DNA of 19,658 nt from Candidatus Hadarchaeota archaeon (GCA_040755315.1 JBFMBF010000022.1:1-19658), one strand, 5' to 3'; positions 6,617 to 15,567 are shown, counted from the stretch's first letter. The notes: a model not told the origin generated them from the sequence alone. Numbers and translations: made by a program.

Positions 6617-7126
6617 TCAGCGCCACGGCATCGGCCACGGGACAATCTTGCCACGCTCCTTCCGGAGATGCCTGAGCCAGAAGTAAAGCAGGAACGCAAA
6701 CCCCACAAAAAGAACGCTGGCCGCCGTGAGCAGGGGGTCCGGCAATCTCGGAATCTCCCTGCCTGCAGCAAGGATGGCGAAGTTCTCGGCATGGATGTCT
6801 ATGTCGCCACCATGCTCTGGGCAGACCATGTGAAATATTCCATCAACCAACACGGTATCTCCAACGTGAGTGTAGTCCCCAACGAACGACACGCTTTTGG
6901 CGTTCGCCGCGCTGGACCAAATCCCGATCGCGAAGCCGTTGTCCCAGATGTTAATCCAAGCGTAGTTCTCCTTTATCAAGACCCCGATGACCTCGCCCTG
7001 AAGCGTGACCCTCTTGCCGTCAAAACCTCTGGAGTTTTCAATCAACTCCCTCCCGGTTTCTGCCTTAGCAAGTCCTGCCATCGAAATGGCCAAGATGAGA
7101 GCAAGCGAGAAGACAATTTTTTTCAT
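6617..7126 (-). CDS. Exported OB-fold-like protein with a C-terminal membrane anchor
   Basis: Signal peptide; FDGKRVTLQGEVIG and GDTVLVDGIF beta pattern; HMVCPEHGGDIDIH motif; C-terminal TM helix plus basic tail. ATGA overlap with the trkH stop. Confidence 0.75.
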   Translation of the reverse strand: MKKIVFSLALILAISMAGLAKAETGRELIENSRGFDGKRVTLQGEVIGVLIKENYAWINIWDNGFAIGIWSSAANAKSVSFVGDYTHVGDTVLVDGIFHMVCPEHGGDIDIHAENFAILAAGREIPRLPDPLLTAASVLFVGFAFLLYFWLRHLRKERGKIVPWPMPWR

Positions 7127-8637
7127 TTTTCAATCCCTCTCCTTAATCCTAGAATCACAAAACCGAACAGCACAAAGACAGCCATTATCTCAAGCTTCCC
7201 CGCCCACATCAGGAACATGTATGTTATTTTGAGTGTCGGCGCCATAGATGGGGTCGTGATGCCAGAGCTCAACCCCACATTTCCGAGGGCAGAGGCTGTT
7301 TCAAACATGGAGTCTTCCAAGCTGTAGCCGTGCGCCGCAGTTATCATTGCCCCCATCAAAAAAAGGACCAGATAGCTAAGGGCTATCACTGCCGCACCTT
7401 TCACAACTGTGTCCGTGAGTGGGTTGTCATCAATATGGTGAAAGGAGCTCCGAACAACAGCCGTCCTTGGCAACAACGCCTGCTTCACATCCCTAAAGAG
7501 CGACTTGAAAAGCACTCCGATTCTCAACATCTTTATTCCTCCAGAAGTTGAGTTGGCACAACCACCAATCACCATCGCGATTGAAAGCAACAACATTGAG
7601 AAAACAGGCCACACAAACATGAAGTGGGATGAGGGGACCGTCTGAAATCCTGTGGTGGTCTGGGCGGAAATGACGTGAAAGATACCCTTTCTGAAGAGGG
7701 CTTCCCCGGATGGGTACAAATTCATGAACAACAAGTTCGCTGCAACCAGCAAGCCGAACGCCAACATCGCGAACAAAAGAATCTTGACTTCCATGTTTTT
7801 CAGAATCTCCCTTCTTCTGCCGCCGAGAACCGCGTAATGAAAGTTAAAGTTGAACGCCCCTATGACCATGATTATTATGGCTGCCACCTCAACCCAAATG
7901 CTGTGGTAATAAAGCAAGTTTTGAGAACGTACGCTGAACCCCCCCGTAGCATAACCTGTCATGGAGTGATTAAGCCCGTCAAAAAAAGCAGTGCCGGGAT
8001 CAAGCCCTTCCCAAGCTCCAGCCACAGTGAACATTATGGTGCCGATTATTAGAAAGGTCACTGCTATGCCGATAATAGTTCTGGAAGTGCGCACGATGCT
8101 CGGCTTTATCCCCAAATCCTTGGCTTCTCCCTTGAACGCGAGAACCGAACTCATTTCTGTCCTGCCCAAAATGGAAAGAGAAATCACTATGATGCCAATG
8201 CCATCCCCTAGGAACTGCAGGAAATGCCGGAAGAAGTTGACGCTACGTGCAAGGTGGTCTATGTCTGGCACGAGAGTGAGACCCGTGCCCGTGAAGCCGC
8301 TGATACTCTCAAAACTCGCATCTAGGTACGAGCCAGTGGCGCCCGCCAGCGAGATGGGGATGCTGGCAAGGATGGGCGCTAAAAGCCAGGCAAGAGCGGC
8401 CATCACGACTGCATGTTTCACCTCCATCTCTTTCTTTGTGTAAAGGAAGTGTGACATTAGGGCGCCAAGGATGAACGAAACGGCTGAGCCGATGAGAAAA
8501 CTGGGGATGGTATTAAACTCGCTGTACGCCACCGCTACGATAATGGGTAGAAACAAAATGGCGCCGACAATATAACATATCTTGCTCAGGTTGTAGCCGA
8601 TGATTTTCAGGTCTTCCCTTTTCAACAGTGGTATCAC
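7123..8637 (-). CDS. trkH: Trk K+ uptake membrane subunit
   Basis: Four pore loops (FESISGFTGTG, TGYATGGFS, SAQTTTGF, FETASALGNVG), the GGCANSTSGGIK intramembrane loop and WAGKLEI. Confidence 0.95.
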   Translation of the reverse strand: MIPLLKREDLKIIGYNLSKICYIVGAILFLPIIVAVAYSEFNTIPSFLIGSAVSFILGALMSHFLYTKKEMEVKHAVVMAALAWLLAPILASIPISLAGATGSYLDASFESISGFTGTGLTLVPDIDHLARSVNFFRHFLQFLGDGIGIIVISLSILGRTEMSSVLAFKGEAKDLGIKPSIVRTSRTIIGIAVTFLIIGTIMFTVAGAWEGLDPGTAFFDGLNHSMTGYATGGFSVRSQNLLYYHSIWVEVAAIIIMVIGAFNFNFHYAVLGGRRREILKNMEVKILLFAMLAFGLLVAANLLFMNLYPSGEALFRKGIFHVISAQTTTGFQTVPSSHFMFVWPVFSMLLLSIAMVIGGCANSTSGGIKMLRIGVLFKSLFRDVKQALLPRTAVVRSSFHHIDDNPLTDTVVKGAAVIALSYLVLFLMGAMITAAHGYSLEDSMFETASALGNVGLSSGITTPSMAPTLKITYMFLMWAGKLEIMAVFVLFGFVILGLRRGIEK

Positions 8638-8645
8638 GGTCGCAC

Positions 8646-8798
8646 CTACGGGCCGGCTTTAATGAGCGCCAGCACTATTGAGATGAGCAGAGCAACAACC
8701 ATGATTGCCGCGGCCAGGCCGATTTCGCCTAATATGCCGACGATGAAGTCGAAGTTCTTCTTCAAAAAGGCCCGAAGACTGAACTTCCTCAAGCCCAT
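8646..8798 (-). CDS. 50-aa single-pass membrane microprotein between trkA and trkH
   Basis: MGLRKFSLRAFLKKNFDFIVGILGEIGLAAAIMVVALLISIVLALIKAGP. The ATG follows the trkA stop after 1 nt, GAGGGG lies upstream, and the ORF fills the intergenic gap. Not in the ORF track. Confidence 0.75.
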   Translation of the reverse strand: MGLRKFSLRAFLKKNFDFIVGILGEIGLAAAIMVVALLISIVLALIKAGP

Positions 8799-8799
8799 T

Positions 8800-9465
8800 T
8801 TATCCCCTCAGCATGTCCACGAGTTTTCTGAGCGCGGCCTCCTCACCTATGAGGGCTACCATGTCGCCCGCTTTGAGCACTGTGTCGCCGCGGGGAATGA
8901 TGAGCTTGCCCTTCCTGTAAATGGCGGCCATCACACAGTTGGCCGGTATCGAGAGGTCGGCAATCCTTTTCTCCTTCACCCTAGAGTCTTCCGAAACTTC
9001 GGCCTCCACGGCGCGAGTGGTAGTGCCTGAAACCAGTACTGAAGTGGTCCCCGGCAGCACTATCGCGTTCTCTAAAACCATGGCGGCCACATGCGCCGGC
9101 CTCACTATCAGGTCTATTCCCATCCCCTCCATCGCCTTCGCCCTGTCCGGGTCTTCGATCCTGGCGAGGACAAGCGGGACCCCATAGGAGTGCTTCGCCA
9201 GCTGGGAGGCGACGATGTTCTCGCTGTCGTTACCGGTCACTGCTACAAAAACGTCGGCGCCTTGGATCCTCGCGTCCTCCAGGATTTTCTTGTTTGTAGC
9301 GTCGCCGTTTATCACCAGCGCGTTCATCTCCGACGCGATCCTCTCACAAACGGCTGGGTCTTTCTCTATAACCACGACATCTTTTCCCTGCTCCACCAGA
9401 GCCTTGGCTAGGTCAAAACCAACTCTGCCGCCGCCGGCAACTATGATAAACTTGGCCTGCTTCAT
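8800..9465 (-). CDS. trkA: Trk K+ uptake regulatory subunit (single RCK_N + RCK_C)
   Basis: GGGRVG nucleotide-binding motif, GDAT, VTGND.EN and C-terminal IIPRGDTVLKAGD. Confidence 0.95.
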   Translation of the reverse strand: MKQAKFIIVAGGGRVGFDLAKALVEQGKDVVVIEKDPAVCERIASEMNALVINGDATNKKILEDARIQGADVFVAVTGNDSENIVASQLAKHSYGVPLVLARIEDPDRAKAMEGMGIDLIVRPAHVAAMVLENAIVLPGTTSVLVSGTTTRAVEAEVSEDSRVKEKRIADLSIPANCVMAAIYRKGKLIIPRGDTVLKAGDMVALIGEEAALRKLVDMLRG

Positions 9466-9525
9466 TTTCTCCCATCAATAGCGTCATTACTACTTGGGTA
9501 AAAACCCATCACCTAGGGGGCCCGA

Positions 9526-10392
9526 CTACTTTTTCTCTCGCTTCGCGTGCTTTTCTTCCGCAAGGTGTGGCATTGTTGGCCTGATGAACCTCCCGTGGTA
9601 GATCCGCGTGACCACCCCGAGGGCGGCTGCGACCACGGCTATCCAGAACACCCCCGTCAGCGCTAGGGTAACCGGTGCAGTTATGGTCGCAGTGTTCCCT
9701 ATCTGGATTGTGGATGTCGCAGTCCCGCTGACATATGGCAGGCTGAGGCTGACCTGCGTAGACGAGGGGGGCGGTATATTGTTGTATGTAACAACTGCTG
9801 CCACAATCATCGACACAAAAATCACAGTATACACGATGTTCCCCTTGAGTTGCGATTTTTCAGTCTCACGCGATATTTTTGAAATCAGGCGGGAGACCAG
9901 GGTGTACAGGGCGTAAATGCTCACAATGAAAACCACTATGAAAACAATTGGAAGTATCAAGGAGTTTATTTGAAACCCGCCAGCCCCGCCCCAGAGGCTC
10001 GGCAGTATGCTGGGCAGCAGAATGTTGGCGGCGAGCGCCCCGATAATCAGTGGTAATAAGAAAAATACTGCGCTGCTGAACGGCTTCATCACCCCGAAAC
10101 CCATCAGGCTGCGGGACCACCAGCTTTTCGGGAAGATTGAACTCAGGATGAGGAACGTCCCTCCGATCAGGAAAGTGATTTTGGTCGCGAGCAGGAAGAA
10201 TCCGACGAGGGGAGACTGGAGAGGCGTGCTGCCCAGAGAGGCCTGCAGGTCAAAAGGTGAAAGGCCCACGCTGAGCGCTCCCGTGCCCACCGTCCCAGTC
10301 CACCAGGGGCCCATGAACGGCAGGGCCAGCATCATTATGCCGGCCGCGATGCCGAACCAGTTGAACATCGTCATTATTCTAGGCGCCTTCAT
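9526..10392 (-). CDS. Polytopic membrane protein of unknown function
   Basis: 288 aa with about 6-7 hydrophobic segments. ATGA overlap with the upstream gene. Confidence 0.8.
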   Translation of the reverse strand: MKAPRIMTMFNWFGIAAGIMMLALPFMGPWWTGTVGTGALSVGLSPFDLQASLGSTPLQSPLVGFFLLATKITFLIGGTFLILSSIFPKSWWSRSLMGFGVMKPFSSAVFFLLPLIIGALAANILLPSILPSLWGGAGGFQINSLILPIVFIVVFIVSIYALYTLVSRLISKISRETEKSQLKGNIVYTVIFVSMIVAAVVTYNNIPPPSSTQVSLSLPYVSGTATSTIQIGNTATITAPVTLALTGVFWIAVVAAALGVVTRIYHGRFIRPTMPHLAEEKHAKREKK

Positions 10393-10898
10393 GTTGGCAA
10401 ACCTCCGGAGCTGAGCTGCAGGGTGATCGTGACGCCATAGACTTCGACCGTCATGCTGCCGCTCTCGAACTGCGGGTTTACCGGCAACATCCCCCCGCTG
10501 AAAGTGCCAGTCAAGGTTATTCTTTTTGTTCCTCTTGCCGGGACATCGACTGGGCTCTGCATGGCCACCTGTGCGATTTGAGCCCCCTGGTCTGTCAACG
10601 CGACTGACATGTTCTTGAACTTCATGGCAAATCCGAAAGGAGAAGTGAACTGAATCTGGACTGTCACGGTGCTGTCTGAAACAGAAACATTCTCGAGCGT
10701 TGTGGTCGAACCTGAATTTTCAGACCCCCCGAACAATCCCGTTAGGTTATTTTGGATGCTTGCAATATCTTCCTGGTCCGGCAGGAACGCTTTTTGGAGG
10801 TCCCAGTCGTTCACTGCAAAAGCGGCTATGAAGGGACCTATTGAAAGTGCAACGCCGAGCAGCATCAGGCCTATCTTTAAGCCGGTCTCCTTCTTCAT
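10389..10898 (-). CDS. Membrane-anchored beta-sandwich protein (LEA_2/WHy-like)
   Basis: N-terminal TM helix; FTSPFGFAMKF and VDVPARGTKRITL resemble the NPN/VPA pattern of LEA_2-like folds. Start taken at ATG 10898. Confidence 0.65.
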   Translation of the reverse strand: MKKETGLKIGLMLLGVALSIGPFIAAFAVNDWDLQKAFLPDQEDIASIQNNLTGLFGGSENSGSTTTLENVSVSDSTVTVQIQFTSPFGFAMKFKNMSVALTDQGAQIAQVAMQSPVDVPARGTKRITLTGTFSGGMLPVNPQFESGSMTVEVYGVTITLQLSSGGLPT

Positions 10899-10953
10899 CA
10901 AAACCACTGCACAACTAAACCATAAAAACATGCACCGGTTCCGATTTTTTTCC

Positions 10954-10961
10954 TTTATAAA
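10954..10961. promoter_or_regulatory. Palindromic TATA box between divergent operons
   Basis: TTTATAAA is self-complementary and lies about 30 nt before ATG 10993 (+) and about 55 nt before ATG 10898 (-). Confidence 0.55.
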
Positions 10962-10992
10962 CCCCGGTCACCCAAAGCTGCGGCGGGAAAAA

Positions 10993-11370
10993 ATGGATGA
11001 AAAAGGGCAACTGATGGGAGTGCCGATAAAGCTGGTGATGGCGCTGGTGATAGGCACGATGGTGATGGGGGTTATGATGCAGTTCGTGGGTACGGCCGAG
11101 CGGACAGTGCTGCGGGACATGGACGTAAGGTTCAGCGTCTCTAGCAACCGTCTGACCGTGAAGACCTACGACGCTGCTAGCGGTGACGCGCTTTACCAGG
11201 CAACGATCGTGGTGAAGTATCCCGGATGGACGGATGGACAAACATTGGGGACGAGTACCAACCAGTACACCTTCACAATCCCTACAAACGGCGCGGACGT
11301 GACCATAGTGACCGTGCAGGTGACACGGCACGGCTACATCCCATGGGAAGGCCAGGTAGCGGTCGGGTAG
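10993..11370 (+). CDS. Type IV pilin-like protein (class III signal peptide) with an Ig-like/carboxypeptidase-regulatory-like head
   Basis: MDEKG|QLMGVPIKLVMALVIG...; VKTYDAASGDALYQATIVV and RHGYIP. The true start is 10993, not 10669. Confidence 0.75.
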   Translation: MDEKGQLMGVPIKLVMALVIGTMVMGVMMQFVGTAERTVLRDMDVRFSVSSNRLTVKTYDAASGDALYQATIVVKYPGWTDGQTLGTSTNQYTFTIPTNGADVTIVTVQVTRHGYIPWEGQVAVG

Positions 11371-11377
11371 TGACACC

Positions 11378-11776
11378 ATGCGGCGGGACGCTCGCGGGAT
11401 GGAATCCCTGCCTGCCGTGCTGCTGCTCAGCGTGGCCCTTGGTACAGCCACTCTGTCTCTGGGATTGACCAGTCTCTGTCAGTTCGAGCGCTCCAGCGAG
11501 AAGCAACTGGCCATTCAAGGGTTCCAGAATCTCATAGAAGAAGCCATGTTGCTGGGCGCGGGAGGGGTGGGAGGAACTAGAGCCGTGAACCTAGAAGTTG
11601 GTCGCGCCAAAGTGCTGGTAAATGGGACCCTTGCGGAACTGGCGCTAGAAAACCAGATACTCGAGGCCGAGGTTTTGCCCCTTCCGCTTTCGGCGCGGGA
11701 GCTTGCGACAGGCGCTTACATCTTGGAGCTGAAGCGCGGCCCTTCCGGATTGTTCATCGAGGTAAGGAGATGCTAG
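11378..11776 (+). CDS. Type IV pilin-like protein
   Basis: MRRDARG|MESLPAVLLLSV..., followed by an amphipathic helix and beta strands. Confidence 0.72.
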   Translation: MRRDARGMESLPAVLLLSVALGTATLSLGLTSLCQFERSSEKQLAIQGFQNLIEEAMLLGAGGVGGTRAVNLEVGRAKVLVNGTLAELALENQILEAEVLPLPLSARELATGAYILELKRGPSGLFIEVRRC

Positions 11777-11777
11777 A

Positions 11778-12203
11778 TTGGACGAACGCGGCCTGGCAGA
11801 GTTCCTGGCTGGAAAGATGGCCCTTGCCATGACATCCCTCGCCCTCTTGGGGCTCGTCATCTCCTTTGGGTCAACCGTCCAACGGCAGGGTGAAAGGGAA
11901 GACCTTGCAAGCGTGAAACAGGCAATTTTCCATTCCATTGAAACTGCAGACCCCCTGCCCGGCGAGGTGAAACTCATCCAGGACCTGCCAAGAATTTCCG
12001 CCGACTTCCGCGTCATCGCGGTTGGAAGCTGGTCTGGAAAAACACAACTTGTGACCCTAACCTTGGAGTCCGGAGACAGCCGAACTTCCGGCGTGATCTC
12101 GCTCAATTGCCCAGTTAACGGTGGAAACTTTGAGATACTCTACCAAAATCCGGCTCAAGTTCAAGTGACAAAAAATGGAGAAATCCTGCTGGAGCTGGTG
12201 TGA
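11778..12203 (+). CDS. Type IV pilin-like protein
   Basis: TTG start; MDERG|LAEFLAGKMALAMTSLALLGLV. Confidence 0.72.
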   Translation: MDERGLAEFLAGKMALAMTSLALLGLVISFGSTVQRQGEREDLASVKQAIFHSIETADPLPGEVKLIQDLPRISADFRVIAVGSWSGKTQLVTLTLESGDSRTSGVISLNCPVNGGNFEILYQNPAQVQVTKNGEILLELV

Positions 12204-12608
12204 ATGGCGCTGACGATAGGCGAGGATGTTTTCTCTGCCCTGGTGGTCTCGCTGCTCCTTTCAATCTTCATTATTTCGCTCATCCATACATGGTGCGCGC
12301 AAGGAGAAAGGCTCAAATCAATAGAGGAATTCACGTCGGCGGTTAGAGTTGCTGAGCAGCTCAGGGACCAAGTGCTTGCAGGCTCATTCCCGGGACTGCT
12401 TGAACCATCTTCCGGCAGGCTAGACAACTTCGCCCGCTCGCGGCAGCTGAACCTGTATGTAAAGGTGAGGGACCTCAGTGGGACAACAATTTTCAGTTAT
12501 GGCCAAGCGCCAGAGCATCCAACAACCGTCAGCCTTCCTGCTGCCCTAGCCATGGGGGACGGCTCAGCCAAGCCCTGCGAGCTGCTGGTGGGAGTATGGC
12601 GACGATGA
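12204..12608 (+). CDS. Pilin-like protein with a non-canonical N-terminus
   Basis: MALTIG|EDVFSALVVSLLLSIFII with no basic residue before the G. It abuts the previous stop and ends in LLVGVW. Confidence 0.65.
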   Translation: MALTIGEDVFSALVVSLLLSIFIISLIHTWCAQGERLKSIEEFTSAVRVAEQLRDQVLAGSFPGLLEPSSGRLDNFARSRQLNLYVKVRDLSGTTIFSYGQAPEHPTTVSLPAALAMGDGSAKPCELLVGVWRR

Positions 12609-13261
12609 GAGGAATAAGCTCCATATCAGACATGTTGGTATTCTCCCTTCTCATCTCGACAGCCGCGACTTTCCTCTTCCCAATGCCTTTCGACCCCACC
12701 ACAGGAAATACCAGGTACGCGGCAAGCTACTCGCACAGTCTTCTTCTCGCCCTCAGAAACACCACTGCGGCCCAGCTAGGCGGCTTCAGGTACAACCTAG
12801 GGGCTTTTGGGTTGGACATTCCTTCCGTCTGGAGCTCGGCAGTGAAAGACCTCCGGTACAAAACTGTGGCCGAGCTTCTGGCCGAAGACGCACTCCTCAA
12901 CATGAAGGCTGAATTTGCCGGAAAAAACATGTCCCCCCTGCGCCTGAATGAAGACATGGATAAAAAGCTCCGGTTGTTCTTGAAATCTGCGCTTGACGAG
13001 ACCATCGGCGGACGCTTTGGATACCGCCTGATTGCCCGCACGACGCCGCTTGATCTTGGCTTGATCCGGCTCAGTTTCGAAACAACTGTTGAAAATCTGG
13101 AAGGGTGGAGCCGCCAGTTTTGGCTGGAAACTACAAACATTCCCCTCCCAGTATCTACCCAAAGTTTGGTTTCGGTGACAGAAAATATGCTTGGCCTTGA
13201 GTTGCCTGAATTAGAAGCCGAACCATTCATAGAGGTGACTCTGGAGCTGTGGTCAAGATGA
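12605..13261 (+). CDS. Type IV pilin-like protein
   Basis: MRG|ISSISDMLVFSLLIS; ATGA overlap at 12605-12608; ends in VTLELW. Confidence 0.72.
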   Translation: MRGISSISDMLVFSLLISTAATFLFPMPFDPTTGNTRYAASYSHSLLLALRNTTAAQLGGFRYNLGAFGLDIPSVWSSAVKDLRYKTVAELLAEDALLNMKAEFAGKNMSPLRLNEDMDKKLRLFLKSALDETIGGRFGYRLIARTTPLDLGLIRLSFETTVENLEGWSRQFWLETTNIPLPVSTQSLVSVTENMLGLELPELEAEPFIEVTLELWSR

Positions 13262-15198
13262 AAGAAAATGGATTCATGCCTATGGCCACGGCCGGCATCC
13301 TAATGCTGTTCCTGACCATCGCAGTTGTCGGACAGACTTTTGCATCTGGCCACGCACAGTCATTGGCCATGATATCGGACGTCTACGCTTCTGAAACACG
13401 CAAGCTTTACGGAGAAATAACAGCAAACGTTAGAGATGCCCTGAAGGTATCCGTGTACCGCGGCCTTTGGGAGGTCTCCAAGACTGCTGATTGGCTGCCT
13501 CATGTTTTAGCTGGAAAATTTATAGTCGAGGGGCTGGCTTCAAGTCACTTTGCCGAGCGGTTGAACGAGATTTCTGAAAAATATTCCCTCCAGGATCCAA
13601 GGGTTGACCTCCACATTGAAAACGGGCTGCGGGTGGAAATCCGGCGCGCAGAAAACGGCTATGTGTGGGCAACTGCCGAACTCCCGCAAAGCTACGTTAA
13701 GTTGACTTCCACTGGTGGGCGGTTGTGTCTCAAGATTCCGCTGGAGAACGTAGAAACTTTCATCGACTCGCGCTATTTCCTCCTCCAAGAGAGGATGAGC
13801 GATTTCCTTCAGAAGCGCGGCGATATCGGCACAATCTGGAAGGGAGTCGAATATGCTTGGGCATGGGGCGAAGCATGGCTCAGTGGGAAGGTTGAGTTGA
13901 ACGAGGGGCGCACAAAAGGATTTTTCCAGTTGGCCTGGGCGACCCACGAACTCAACTCATTCGGCTCTTCGGACTACCTTGCTGCGGCGCTGTCGCTTGC
14001 CAACGTTGAGCTTCCGACAGAGGGCGGTGATGAAGTGATTGCAACACCCATACGAGCAACGGATATTGGGCGCATGAAGGAATTTATCGATGACGCCATT
14101 GGTGCAGTTGAAGGAGCTGAATCTCTCCTTGAAAGGGCTGTAGTAGACCTGTCGCTTGCAGAATCCACTGCCGCGTCTGAAAATTTGGAAAATGAAGAGC
14201 TAGATAAAGTACGGGTGGCTCTAGAAAATTGCCATGATAGGACGGTCGGGGCTAGGGCAAAGGTTTCAGAGGCAGAGTCGCACTTCAACTATCTGCTGAA
14301 TTTTCTTTCCCAAGGTGCCAGCAGCGACGCCGTGATGGCATACATCTACCAGGGGCTGACAACGAGGAACCTCAGCCCGGATTGTCCATCGCTCGAAGAG
14401 CAGATTGAATGGGCAGTGAATGGGGTCACTAGTAAAATATCTTCAATTGAAAACAATACCACAAAAACCATTCAGGAATTGGACTTTTCTAACGCGAAAA
14501 CAGCCGTTGAGCAGCTTTCCGCAGATGTCAAATGCGAGATTGATCTTTTGCTGCGTTCGCCCGAACCGAAGAGGATGATTTACATTAAAACATACAAGGA
14601 AGACCCACCAAGCGAGGCTCTTGATGAAATCCCAGTCTACATTGACTCAAGGGATGACGGAGGAATTGGGGGCCTGAAGGTGGTGCTGCAGGGGGCCAAA
14701 GAAGGTCTTGACAAAATGAACGAGTTTTCACAAAAGGTCGAACAGGCGCCGCCCACCTTTGAAGTTGACGAGGGGCTGAAAAAAATGCTGAATAAAAGCC
14801 CGCCGAGCTGTCTCAACCGAGAAAACCTGTACGGGATATTGCCTCCCCCGCCCATCAGGCAATCGCCGGGGCTCTCCGTCTACCACGACTTTTCTGTGAA
14901 AAGCGTGAAATACAAGCGGGAAGACATCGCGGGATGGTTCAACTCACCCACTGCCACCCCAATCCCAATCCCTTTCATAGGCGTGACACTCTGGTGGGGG
15001 CAGTGGGACACAGAAATAAAGCTCGAAAGCCGGGCCGTGGAGGAAATATTCGACTTCGACAACCCGACGATACCGCTGAAAAAAGAGTTTGGCTACGTCC
15101 ACTCCCCTCTTGCATACAAGGTGAAAGTGCCAGATGAAACTTTTGGTGCCAGAGTGATAGTTGTCTCGCTGAAGCCGTTCACCATTTCAACGAGCTAG
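13258..15198 (+). CDS. Large pilin-like protein (646 aa) with a central helical region
   Basis: MKENG|FMPMATAGILMLFLTIAVVG; ATGA overlap at 13258-13261; beta-rich C-terminus with TPIPIPF..TLWWGQW. Confidence 0.7.
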   Translation: MKENGFMPMATAGILMLFLTIAVVGQTFASGHAQSLAMISDVYASETRKLYGEITANVRDALKVSVYRGLWEVSKTADWLPHVLAGKFIVEGLASSHFAERLNEISEKYSLQDPRVDLHIENGLRVEIRRAENGYVWATAELPQSYVKLTSTGGRLCLKIPLENVETFIDSRYFLLQERMSDFLQKRGDIGTIWKGVEYAWAWGEAWLSGKVELNEGRTKGFFQLAWATHELNSFGSSDYLAAALSLANVELPTEGGDEVIATPIRATDIGRMKEFIDDAIGAVEGAESLLERAVVDLSLAESTAASENLENEELDKVRVALENCHDRTVGARAKVSEAESHFNYLLNFLSQGASSDAVMAYIYQGLTTRNLSPDCPSLEEQIEWAVNGVTSKISSIENNTTKTIQELDFSNAKTAVEQLSADVKCEIDLLLRSPEPKRMIYIKTYKEDPPSEALDEIPVYIDSRDDGGIGGLKVVLQGAKEGLDKMNEFSQKVEQAPPTFEVDEGLKKMLNKSPPSCLNRENLYGILPPPPIRQSPGLSVYHDFSVKSVKYKREDIAGWFNSPTATPIPIPFIGVTLWWGQWDTEIKLESRAVEEIFDFDNPTIPLKKEFGYVHSPLAYKVKVPDETFGARVIVVSLKPFTISTS

Positions 15199-15519
15199 TT
15201 TTTTGTCTAGCCTCTTTTTCGTACTTTCTAGCCCCACGAGGACAAGGTCAATCTTTCGTGAATTGGAATCAAGCTTCATCACAAAATTGTGCTGAAAATC
15301 CTCGAACGCTTCCTTGAAGACTTTCTCGACTTCAGCAGCCAAACGAGAAGGGCGCGGCTCCAGCCCCGCCCCCTCGAACTCCGCTTTAACCCTGTCGATC
15401 ATCAGCTGCACCTGCTCCCCAGGAAGCCCCATCCCCGTCAGCACGTCGTAGACATCGCCGCGGGAAAATCCCTCCCTCATCATCGACTGGATGACATCCA
15501 GAGCCGATATTCCTCCCAC
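15187..15519 (-). CDS. Hypothetical helical protein
   Basis: 110 aa, GTG start with a GGAGGGG RBS, TTTTAAA upstream at about 15550-15556. Converges on the pilin operon. Confidence 0.7.
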   Translation of the reverse strand: MGGISALDVIQSMMREGFSRGDVYDVLTGMGLPGEQVQLMIDRVKAEFEGAGLEPRPSRLAAEVEKVFKEAFEDFQHNFVMKLDSNSRKIDLVLVGLESTKKRLDKKLAR

Positions 15520-15567
15520 GTTCCCCTCCGGACCTTTGGGTGGACGGTGTTTAAAAGGGAGAAAAAC

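Noticed and set aside
6551..7327. 258-aa + strand ORF
   Set aside because: Antisense to the OB-fold gene and trkH, with no domain signal.
10669..10992. N-terminal extension of the 233-aa ORF
   Set aside because: It overlaps the divergent gene antisense. The class III signal and TATA box place the start at 10993.
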